The translations under genes were made by a program, and so were the position numbers. 64,000 bases of DNA. Origin: Takakia lepidozioides (Eukaryota > Plantae > Bryophyta). The notes under the pieces are model-generated. The model made no database searches. It saw only the letters and a program-made list of their open reading frames with translations, and had not been told where the DNA came from. Below are positions 23,721 through 34,514 of this stretch, piece by piece. Location: positions 87,606,001 through 87,670,000 of the forward strand of contig CM060731.1 in NCBI GenBank assembly GCA_030704615.1. The letters are read 5' to 3'. Numbering within the stretch: the stretch's first letter is position 1; each line of letters opens with the position of its first letter.

Positions 23721-26700
23721 TGTCGCGGCCCTTTGCCTTGAGGGCAGGGGGTCGGGACACATGAGGGGCTGCCCCTGTGGTGGGGGCAGCGGCAGCGATA
23801 GGTATGGGGGGCTGAAGCACCCTTGAGTGCCCAAGGCACTCAGGGAAGCGGAGGCGCTCACTAGGTGGAAGCCCCGCACACCGGGTTGCGGTGGGGGTGG
23901 CTCCACAAGGGGTGGTGGTAGCTTAGCGGGACTTAGTGGGGGTGGCATAGGACTCACCATAGGGGCGGAGACCTCGTGGTGGGAGTCGTGGGGAGTTTTG
24001 GGACTCATCACGGTCCATAGGGGCCGTGGTGAGCGGGCCAAGACTCACCGCGACTCATCACCGGGAGTCGAGGGTTTTCGTGGTGGTTCGCCATAAAATG
24101 GCATGGCTGGTTGTGGAACCCCCGCGGACAGCTACAGAAGTATATATAGGAGTAGTAACCCCGAGAACGGTGCAAGCCCGTTGGAGACCAAAAACTAGTG
24201 AGTAAGCGAGCGAGCCGGAAAGCGACCAAAGAGTGGGGAGCTGTTCCGGACTGCCATCTACCAAAGGGAATTCTCCTAGTCTCAATTAGGTGGAGGGTTT
24301 AGAGGGAAGCGAAGGGGGGGACCGTTATGTCCCGGTGAGCAGTCGAAGCTCCAAGTTGGCCCGGGCGGCCAGGTTGGGAGTCAGGCGCGCGCATCAAAGC
24401 GAGTATCTATGACTTGAAGGGGAGCTTACCGAAGTGAGGTGCGCGACACTTGGTATCAGAGCTTAGAGTTCAATACGCGATCGTCCTTGGGATTGGCCTC
24501 ATCATGGGGTCGGGCAAGCCAAAGCGAAAGCGGAACGGCCCAAAAGATGATGATCCCGGTGAGCCCGATGGGGGCGACGTGTCACCGAGGCGGCCGTTTG
24601 AGGAAGCGATGCATGTTTCCGAAAACGAGACCGCTCAAGAGCGGGAGGAATCCGAGGAGTCGGAGCTCGAGGAATCCTTGAGAGCTCTGACAAACCAAGA
24701 GATGCCTCCCATGCCGGCTGCCTTTTGGGAAGGGTTGTTGGCGCAGTTTGGCGGGACGTTAAAAGACGTGTTGAAGGCGGCTAATGCCACTTCCACTAAG
24801 GCAAAGTTTAAGGTGAAACCTAAGGAACCCGGCACCTTCGAGGGCGTCCGAAATCGGAAGGCACTCAACACCTGGCTCCTGGAGCTAGAGCAGTACTTCC
24901 GGGCGGCCAAGTTGAGTGACGAGGATCGGGTGGAAGTGGCTCCCACCTATTTGAGGGGCTATGCTCAACAATGGTGGCAGAAACGCCTTCACGACCGAGG
25001 TCCAAGTCCGGAAACCTTGAACTGGAGTGGGTTCAAGGAATTGATGAAGAGACAGTTTGTGCCCCTCAACGCGTCTTGGCTTGCCCGGGACAAGATGAGG
25101 AATTTGAAGCAAACAGATGACATTCGGGGGTATGTCCAGGCTTTCAATGTGCTGTTGCTCGAAGTCGCGGACATGGCAGAACCAGAAATGGTCTTCAACT
25201 TTGTGGCGGGACTGGCCCCATGGGCCAGGCGGAAGTTGGAGGAGAAGCCACCCAAGACTTTGAACGAGGCAATTGAGAGGGCTGAATGTTTCTCGGATGT
25301 CCCTAGGGGTGAGAGACAAGGCCGTACGGAGCTGAACCACAAGAAGACCCGGCGGGAAGGTGACTCCTTCCGACCGGAAAAGAAGTGGGATAGGCCACGC
25401 GACGACATTGGCACGTGGAAATCGAAGGGAGGGCCTTCCCACGTCAAGGCAGCACCCGGTGCTTCGAAAGGAAAAGCGGGTGGAGCGGCTTATGGCGGAC
25501 AGAAGGTGACCTTTGATGGAGTGTGTTTCAATTGCGGGGAGCCCGGGCACATGGCCAAGAAGTGCACGAAGCCCCGGCAATTGAACATGACTCGGGCGAC
25601 CACGGAGCTGTCGGAAGATACCATCAGTCGCTTGGTGGAAGCGGTGGTCGCCAGGACTTGCAAGGTAGGCAAATTTTCTTGTGAGTTGTATCAGGAAACT
25701 GGCGCCTTACGAAAAGGGAGTCAGTTATTGTTCGTGGATGGGATAATATCCGGAACTAATGTGTCGTTGTTGGTGGACACAGGAGCGTCGCACTCCTTCA
25801 TGACACCGGCAACGACACAAAAGCTGGGACTCCCGACAAGTGACGTGGGGGCCTCTATTGAGGTACGTTCTGCCAAAGGAGAACCACAGTTGGCGACAAG
25901 GTTGGCAATTGATGTTCCCCTTCAACTGGGGAGTTGGGAGGGACGTGAGAACTTCACCATCTGCGAGATCGATGGAGTGGATCTCATTTTGGGGATGACC
26001 TTTTTGAGCAAATCCGGAGCGGTCATAGATGGCCGCAAGAGAGTAGTCACGCTGCCATGTGGGAATGGTGGCGAGGTTTTACGAGTGTCAGAAACGCCCA
26101 AATCCGTGGGAGGGCGAATAAACCTTCTGTCAGCAAAGGAGTGGGCCGTGGAGGAGGCACACGGCCCCAGTTTTTGCTTTACATTAGAGAAGTGAAAGGA
26201 GAAGGCGATGGGGAGCCGAGCCCAGATTGGATCAAGGGGATTTTGGAGAAATACCAGGATGTGATGCCGGAGGATTTACCAAGCGGCTTGCCACCGCGAA
26301 GAGGAGTTGACCACAAGATTGAGGTGATACCGGGATCGGAACCGCCTGCCAAGGCGCCCTACCGGTTGAGCCACAGAGAGTTGGTCGAGCTGAAGACTCA
26401 GCTCAAGGATCTAATGTCAAAGGGGTACATCCGGCCGAGTAAGTCACCTTACGGAGCCCCGGTGCTATTTGCAGACAAGAAGGATGGGACGCTGCGGATG
26501 TGTGTCGATTACAGGGCTCTGAATAAGGTGACTATAAAAAACCGGTACCCTTTGCCAAGGATCGACGACCTCTTCGATCGGTTGGCAGGAGCGAAGTATT
26601 TTAGCCGGATCGACTTGCGCTCCGGCTATCACCAAATTCGGGTGGCGGAAGGAGATGAGGAGAAGACCGCGTGCAGGACAAGGTATGGTTCATATGAGTT

Positions 26701-29700
26701 CTTGGTGATGCCTTTTGGGCTCACCAATGCACCAGCGACATTTAGTACGCTGATGAACAGCCTTTTCCAGGAGTGGTTGGATGACTTTGTGATCGTGTAC
26801 ATCGACGACATCTTGGTGTACTCGAAAACAAAGGAGGAGCACCTGAAGCACCTCAAAAGGGTGTTCCAAAAATTGCGGGAAGGGAAGCTGTATGCCAAAG
26901 CTTCAAAGTGCGAATTCAGGGTCACAAAAGTGGAGTTCCTGGGGCACGTGATTACACAGGATTGGATCAAAATGGATGACAGAAAGGTGAGGGCGATCTT
27001 GGACTGGGAGCCTCCGACTTCGGTCCCGGGAGTGCGATCCTTCCTAGGACTCGCCTCCTATTACCGAAAGTATGTGAGAAATTTCGCCAAGATCGCGGCA
27101 GCGGATGACGGAAGCTCCAGTCTTGAAAATCCCGGAGTTCGATCGTCCGTTTGAGATTCATACAGATGCATGGACTTCGCGATTGGGGATGTACTTATGC
27201 AAGATGGACGTCCGGTGGCTTATGAAAGTAAGAAACTGAATGAAGTGGAGCGACGGTGGCCGACGCACGAAAAATAGATGAAGGCGGTGGTGCATTGCCT
27301 TGAGCTCTGGCGCCACTATGTTGGTTCCAACCCAGTGAAGGTGTTCACGGACAATGTCACGGTGAAGTATTTTGCCACGCAGCCCAAGTTGTCCCCAAAA
27401 CAACTTAGGTGGCAAGATACTTTGGCAGTGTTCGACGCGGATATCCAGTACAAACCGGGATGGGACAATGTGGTGGCCGATGCTTTAAGTAGAAAGCAAC
27501 AGCTCTTGTTGGTGTACAAGGGCGAGACGGCGCTCCAAAGGAAGATCCGGAAGGCTTGCCGGAAGGATGAGCTGGCAAAGTCCATGATGCAGGACTTGAG
27601 GACGGGGGTTAAATCGCAGTTCCACTTGCAAAATGGACTGCTCCGGTATAAGCAAAAACGTCTCTACGTGCCGAAGGGAGGGATCAGGGATAGCCTCTTG
27701 AGAGAATGCCATGATAGCGCGCTTGCGGGCCACGGCGGAGCCAAGCGCACTGCGGCACTCTTGAAGAAAGAGTATTTCTGGCCCAAACTGAGGGAGGAGG
27801 CAGAGGAGTATGTCAAGACATGCACCACATGCCAACAAAACCGGAGCGAGTACAAAAAGCAAGCGGGGCTGTTACAACCCTTGCCGATTCCAGAGGGGAC
27901 TTGGGAAAGTGTCTCGATGGATTTCATGACTGCTATGCCGCTGTCAAAAGGATTCGATGCAATCATGGTGGTGGTGGATAGGTTCAGTAAAATGGGCCAT
28001 TTCATCCCCACCAAGGAGACGGCAACGGCGCAGGAGACAGGGCGACTTTACTTCGCCCACGTCTTAAAGCATCATGGAGTCCCGAAGGATATTGTCTCGG
28101 ATCGTGATCCAAAGTTTACGAGTAAATTTTGGAGGACACTTTGGAAGAAGATGGGGACGAGGCTGAAGATGAGCACCGCCTTCCGACCTACGACGGACGG
28201 CCAAACGGAAAGAGTGAATTCCGTAGTGAAGCAATTCTTGCGGAATTACGTGTCGGCAGACCAATCAGACTGGATGGAACACTTAGACGCGGCAAAGTTC
28301 TGTTATAATAACACAGAACACTCCGCAACGGGAGTTTCCCCTTTTGTATTGGTCTATGGAAAAGCACCTTTGGTGCCGACAAGTTGGGCCGCCCAGGACG
28401 TTGAGGAACCGGCAGTAGCGGCGGTACTGGAAGAACGCGAGCGTTTGTTGAAGCTCGCAAAGTACAACATTGCCAAAGCTAGGAAACGGTATGAAAGGCA
28501 GGCGAATCGAAAGTGGAGGGAAGTGAAGTTTGAGGCAGGCACAGAGGTCTGGTTGAACGTCAAGAATTTCCGACTACCTCCGGAAGTGAGTCCGAAGTTC
28601 GTACCTCCGTATGCGGGACCCTTTCGCATTCGGAAGGTTATGAATGAGGATGTGTATGAATTGGAGCTGCCGACAAACAGCAAGGTGCACCCAGTATTCC
28701 ATGTCTCCCTTTTGAAGCCTTACTTCAAAGATGAAGCGCGTCCGAATCGACATCAAGTGTTGCGTCCGCCACCTATGTTGTTGGACATGAAAATGAACCT
28801 GAGTACGAGGTGGAGGCAATACTTAAGTCGAGGAGGTTCAAGAACCGAGAAACGGAGTATCTCGTCAAATGGAAGGGCTATCATCATGTGGAGGCATCTT
28901 GGGTGCGTGCCTCAGAAATGGGAAACGCATCCGAGGCGGTTGCAGCTTTCGAAGGGCGACCTCAAAAGCGGAAGAAACGTTGATGGGGACATCAACCTTG
29001 GAGCGTGGGGGAGGAAATGCATGCTTAGCCCGGCTTAGCTAGCTTAGGAATCCGATTACAAAAACTTGTATTGTACAAAAATTTGTTATAAAGGAAATGG
29101 GTTCCAAATGTTGTGCGTCCTATTTTGTTTGGAATGGTGATGCATGGTATGGTTGGCTAGTGTGTAGAATGCATGCTAGCTTATAAAAGTGGGAGAGGTA
29201 AATTGGGTTAATCGTGTGTTTGCATAGTGCCGAAATCGGGTGACCCCCATCCAAGGGGCAAGGAAACTTGCAACTTCTTTGGGAGTTCACGTGCTAGTGC
29301 GCACCTGGCGCGTGCGCGTACTATAACTGCGCTACCGAGGGGGTTGCCTTGTAGTGCGGGCTAACGCGGAAGCTACGTGCTTCCGTTCACGTACTATAAT
29401 CGTGTAGCCTCGGGACGAAGTCGTAGTGCGGCTTCGGCGTGTTCCCGTACCTCAGGCCAGCATTCCAAGGCGGACCCAATTGTAGTGATTGGGGCGCACG
29501 GTTGGTTCAAGGTTATCTTCCTAGTCAAAGAGGGTTCCAGGTGAACCCTTGCTCAAGGTGATGCCAAAAGCGGCATCATGAGCGATCGCAAGCAATGTTG
29601 TTGCAGTAAGGCGATTCGATCCTCGGGGAGGATCGTTCCTTGGCCTTGAAGTAGGCCAAGAAGAGTGCACTGGGAGGAGCTGGAGAGGCTCCACCCTTGG

Positions 29701-30618
29701 CCGGGACTTGGAGGAAGTCGGCCGAACTAGCTAGTGGAGAGTAGAGTCAAGTGTGGGGTTTGGTTCTTTGCCATGGGACGCCATGGTGCGGAAACAAACT
29801 CCTTGATGTGGGACGCCACAACTTGGATGTTCATTTCTACAAAATGGACAAGTCGATGAGGACATCGACTCCCTGTTGGTAGGGGTGTGTGTCGCGGCCC
29901 TTTGCCTTGAGGGCAGGGGGTCGGGACACATGAGGGGCTGCCCCTGTGGTGGGGGCAACGGCAGCGATAGGTATGGGGGGCTGAAGCACCCTTGAGTGCC
30001 CAAGGCACTCAGGGAAGCGGAGGCGCTCACTAGGTGGAAGCCCCGCACACCGGGTTGCGGTGGGGGTGGCTCCACAAGGGGTGGTGGTAGCTTAGCGGGA
30101 CTTAGTGGGGGTGGCATAGGACTCACCATAGGGGCGGAGACCTCGTGGTGGGAGTCATGGGGAGTTTTGGGACTCATCACGGTCCATAGGGGCCGTGGTG
30201 AGCGGGCCAAGACTCACCGCGACTCATCACCGGGAGTCGAGGGTTTTCGTGGTGGTTCGCCATAAAATGGCATGGCTGGTTGTGGAACCCCCGCGGACAG
30301 CTACAGAAGTATATATAGGGAGTAGTAACCCCGAGAACGGTGCAAGCCCGTTGGAGACCAAAAACTAGTGAGTAAGCGAGCGAGCCGGAAAGCGACCAAA
30401 GAGTGGGGAGCTGTTCCGGACTGCCATCTACCAAAGGGAATCCTCCTAGTCTCAATTAGGTGGAGGGTTTAGAGGGAAGCGAAGGGGGGGACCGTTATGT
30501 CCCGGTGAGCAGCCGAAGCTCCAAGTTGGCCCGGGCGGCCAGGTTGGGAGTCAGACGCGCGCATCAAAGCAAGTATCTATGACTTGAAGGGGAGCTTACC
30601 GAAGTGAGGTGCGCGACA
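23721..30618 (+). mobile_element. Full-length Ty3/Gypsy chromovirus, family A
   Basis: LTRs 23721-24448 and 29890-30618 (TG..CA, ~6 substitutions plus 1 indel by eye); TSD TACTG; PBS TGGTATCAGAGC at 24451-24462 (initiator Met tRNA); order gag-PR-RT-RH-IN-chromodomain. Confidence 0.97.
24504..28983 (+). pseudogene. gag-pol of family A (originally one ORF; frameshifts at ~26163 and ~28786, ~80-bp deletion at ~27097, stop at 27275)
   Basis: CFNCGEPGHMAKKC, DTGAS, YIDDIL, integrase HHCC and DDE, GPF, chromodomain EYEVEAIL..YLVKWKGY..ASW; lesions seen by comparison with the 49856 copy. Confidence 0.93.
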
Positions 30619-30894
30619 TACTGCCTTCCGCTAGGAAGGTGGACACCTTTGTGACACCAAGGGTGGATTGAACCCACAACCACTTTCGAGGTGGTATGTG
30701 CCCATTACCACTGGGCTACAACTTGGTTGTCCAGTGTACAAGACATTCTACACAAGCTATGCTGCCTCGGCAACGAACACCCCGAGTACACAGCCGTCAT
30801 AGAGAAGCGCATGAGCGAGCAAGGCTTCAAGCTACCCTCCAACACGTCCTCCGCCCGGTCCACACAATCGGGATTAAGCGGAGGCTCGGTCTAG

Positions 30895-32077
30895 GGAATT
30901 CCAAAAAGGCCTTGATGTGAAATGCATTGCAATTCACTTGATCACCCCCTAAAAGTGCGCAATTCAATTGAATTGCAATGGCAATTCAATTGAACTAACC
31001 CTCATTTGCAATTCAATTGAATTGTCGGCACACGATTCAATTGAATTGCCAATTCGCAATTCAATTGAATCGCTAGTTGGCAATTCAATTGAATTGCTGA
31101 CTACAATTCAATTGAATTGTAATCTATAATTTTTAACTTATTTCTGTATATAATATATATATATTTAAATTATACATATATACATACACAGGTATAAGCT
31201 AAAAATACATGTTGCCCGTCTATTCTTGCTGTCCGTCTGTCAATCCTTTGCCCGTGGTAAGGCTTGAGCCCAAGATAAGCCTAAGGGAGAGCGAGAGAGG
31301 GAGAGAGAGAGAGAGAGGGGAAGTCACGAAGCGCTTGTAAAAGCGGGATTGTCTCTCTTTGTGGATGTTGGTGCCAATATATGGCTATGTACATATACCA
31401 AACATGATACCAATGTAAGAGTATCAACGTGTAAGAGTTTGATATATTAAACTTATATAGAACACACATCCCAACTTCAACATGATACCTTTATAAGGGT
31501 ATTGAAATTTTTGATAATTCTCAAGATGAACATATTTTTTGTTTTCTTTATCCTGGGCAGATACTAGTGTTAGGGGACTACATGGTGATGCAGGGGAAGC
31601 CTTTCATCAATTGTCAGGTTTGATTTTGTCTGTTTTTTTCGGAGCCAGCCATGTTTCTTTTGCTAGTGAAACACAGGAAGCTGCTGATCTGTCTCCGGCT
31701 CTCCCTTTCTCGTTGAGGCTAAGGGTGGTTTCACAACTCCACAATTTCCTCAAGGGCACAAGAAAGAGGGCCAGCAAGAATAGACGGGCACATGTATTTT
31801 TAGCTTATACTCTTATATGTATAATATAATTTGAATATATACATGTACATATATATTATATATTATATACAAAAATAAGTTAAAAATTATAGATTACAAT
31901 TCAATTCAATTGTAGTCAGCAATTCAATTGAATTGCCAATTCGCAATTCAATTGAATCGTGTGTGCCGACAATTCAATTGAATTGCAAATTAGGGTTAGT
32001 TCAATTGAATTGCGCATTTTTAGGGGGTGATCAAGTGAATTGCGATGCATTTCACATCAAGGCCTTTTTGGAATTCC
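30895..32077. mobile_element. Foldback/MITE with ~310-340-bp TIRs built from CAATTCAATTGAATTG palindromes
   Basis: GGAATTCCAAAAAGGCCTTGATGTGAAATGCAT.. mirrored at the right end; arms ~30895-31231 and 31772-32077; flanked by CTAG on both sides (or TA if the TIR starts GGG). Confidence 0.9.
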
Positions 32078-32862
32078 CTAGCAAGGCCTCCCCAGGCTCC
32101 TACAACCCCCTCTCAAGAACTCCAAAATCCAATGCGTCTAACTCACCCCCCAGATCAAGGGGTAGCGGCAGCATTGTAAGGGTTGAATTTACGCCACCCG
32201 GTTCGTCGTCCCTAAGGTGAACTAATTATATAATTTATAAATAAACAGAAGATTGACGTGTGGGTTACACAGAACTAGACGTGTGGAAGTGACCGACAGC
32301 GACTATTGACCCCAAATGACTCCCTCAGAAGAAACAAGGATATCTGTTGTGCCTGTCAGATGACGACTAAGCGGAATGTTGGTCCCCACTGCAAATATCT
32401 CAGTGAGATGCCACTCCGTGAGCCGTAAAAACCTACGGTTTTTTTCTCTTTCTATTTTCAGGGAGCTTACCTGGCGGAATGTCACGTCAACAGTGAGCGG
32501 GGGATCTTACGCGTAATGTCCCGTGGGAGATTATGCACGCCATCTTTTCTTTACAATCTCATCTTTTATGTTATATGCCACAATCTGAGCCGTCCACAGC
32601 GAAAAGAAACGGGAAAGAAACCCTATGTCTTTACGCAGTGTAAGTCCCCCACCCTGGGGGAGGTACCTTGGTATTCGTGTCGTGACCTCGGGCTGCGCCA
32701 TCGGTCACTCCCCTCACACCGCGGTACACCCTCGGGTGGGGATTCTGGACATTCCATTATTCACTCTAAATTTTGTGCCTTGCCTCTGCATAACCTTGGC
32801 GATTTACAATTTACCCAATCATAGCACATCCAAGTCTAAGTTAGACCCCTCTCTCTCTTGAG

Positions 32863-32990
32863 CAGGTAGCCCAGTGGTTGGGTGTTTGTGCCTTGCCTGT
32901 GCATAACCTAGGTGATCTTGGGTTCAATCCTTCAACATGTGCCTTCAGACCGTCCATTGGGCCCTCGATGGCCTGTGTGCTGAGCAGTAG
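32863..32990 (+). mobile_element. tRNA-derived SINE family 2
   Basis: A box TAGCCCAGTGG, B box GGTTCAATCC; matches 2100-2175. Confidence 0.6.
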
Positions 32991-34514
32991 GCTCTGTAAA
33001 TTAACTACGTTAAAGAAACTTTATCTTATCTCTTCATCTCTACCCGTGTAGAGCATTCTTATCTCCCAGAAAACATGCAATTCCCTAGAGAGAGAGGACG
33101 TCCGCCACTAACTTCACCTTTCGGCTACGGTGCCCATGCAATCGAGTATTATGTGGGCCCGCATGCCAGCCGACTTTCATTCATAAAACAGAAGCAAATA
33201 GATGAAAAGAAGAGAAGAAGATGGAGGAGAAGGAAAGAGTGCGGCTACTCACCCACCAGGGTCAGGGTCAGGGTGTGGGTGCGAGGGCGTCGGCAGTTTT
33301 GTCTGGCACGGTCCTCACACGGGCCGCGCGGCCGCAGGGATGTGTCGCGTGCTGAGTGGTGTCCACGGAATGTGCGCAGTGTGAGGACTTGACGTGCGGT
33401 GAAAGTTCGAGGTGTATGGTGGGCTTTCCACTGTTGCCCACCCTGCTCCCTGCGACTGTGTTTGCATGGCAGCGAGTTGCGGGTGTAGCTCCTGTGTGTA
33501 GACGGCTTGGAAGTTTCCGTAAGAGAGTGTGATATTCGTTGTTTCCATTTCTCGCTTGTACGTGTGCTGGGCTCTGTTTCCGTGTGAGGAGCGACCTTCA
33601 ACTGGCCGCAGGATTGATAGGTGAAGGCGGCTTTTTGAGCATTTATGCAGGGCGTGTGATGGATCATGCGGTACTGTAAGATCACTCAGAGGTCCTGGAG
33701 AATTTTCTTCTGAGCTAGTGTTTAATCTGAGCTGGAGGCTTGCCTTCCGCCACTATACGGTGACTCAGATACCTTCCTGGCTATCGCTCGACGTAATTTA
33801 ACTACTATGATTTCCTACTCCGGCCATTGATGCAGCGGTGGTTGTGTGCACAGATCTTGAAGCCATCCTTACGGTCCCTGTCAATGCTCTCGCCTCTGTT
33901 AGCTGAACTCACGTTTGATTGAGCATCAGAATCGTTCTGAGCCTCCGCTTGAATCTCTTCCTCGGTGATTGTAGCATCCCCGAGTTACCGGGTTTCCTAT
34001 GCAATGAAGTTGAATAGTGAGCATGTCAATCGCGGAGCTCCGTAGGATGCACCGTTTGAGCTGGCATGGATTCTTTACGTGTTTGTTGTATGTGGAGTTG
34101 CGACGTCTTTCCCACTTAGGTCGATCGCCGGCAGGGGCTCTTATCAGAGTATCGCCTGTTTCATTGGCCTGCACCAACCCCCACAGGTACCTAACTGCCT
34201 CTGCTCGATTTTTTATCAACTTAGCACTCATGTTACTGGGCTTTCCCCTGGTTCATCATGGTGTCGTGTTCGTTCTCGTGTTACTTTCGTCGCTCTGCCT
34301 TCCGTTGGTTGTCAACTTTTACCAAATTCAGCATAGCCGATGGTGCAGTCATCGTGATTCGCTTCTGGGTGTCTCGTTGATCCTTAGCCTGAATTTTCAC
34401 CGTTCTGGGTGATGGAATTTGTTCTACCTGTTCCTAGAACTTCTGACAGATTGCGCTATGTTTTTGGTTGTGAATGCAGGGCGGTTTTTATGAACGCCAG
34501 CCATTCTTGTTACC

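Larger units (their letters stand above)
23645..30732 (-). mobile_element. SINE family 1 split by the LTR element (parts 23645-23720 and 30619-30732)
   Basis: The halves rejoin at TACTG; SINE TSD TGTACAAGA at 23636-23644 and 30735-30743. Confidence 0.85.

Noticed and set aside
23564-24285. Pro-rich and Gly-rich ORFs on both strands of family A LTRs and 3' region
   Set aside because: Frames and starts differ between LTR copies; explained by G/C-rich LTR sequence
29018-30618. Hammerhead ribozyme (retrozyme-like) in family A 3' region or LTR
   Set aside because: No CUGAnGA..GAAA core with three helices found by eye
30959-31120. CRISPR-like array of palindromic repeats with spacers
   Set aside because: Spacers are only ~2-15 nt, mirrored in the opposite TIR, in a eukaryotic context with no cas genes; this is a transposon arm
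34017-34412. Hydrophobic 131-aa ORF as an ectodomain/TM exon of the kinase
   Set aside because: T-rich intron-like composition, no LysM or CxC motifs
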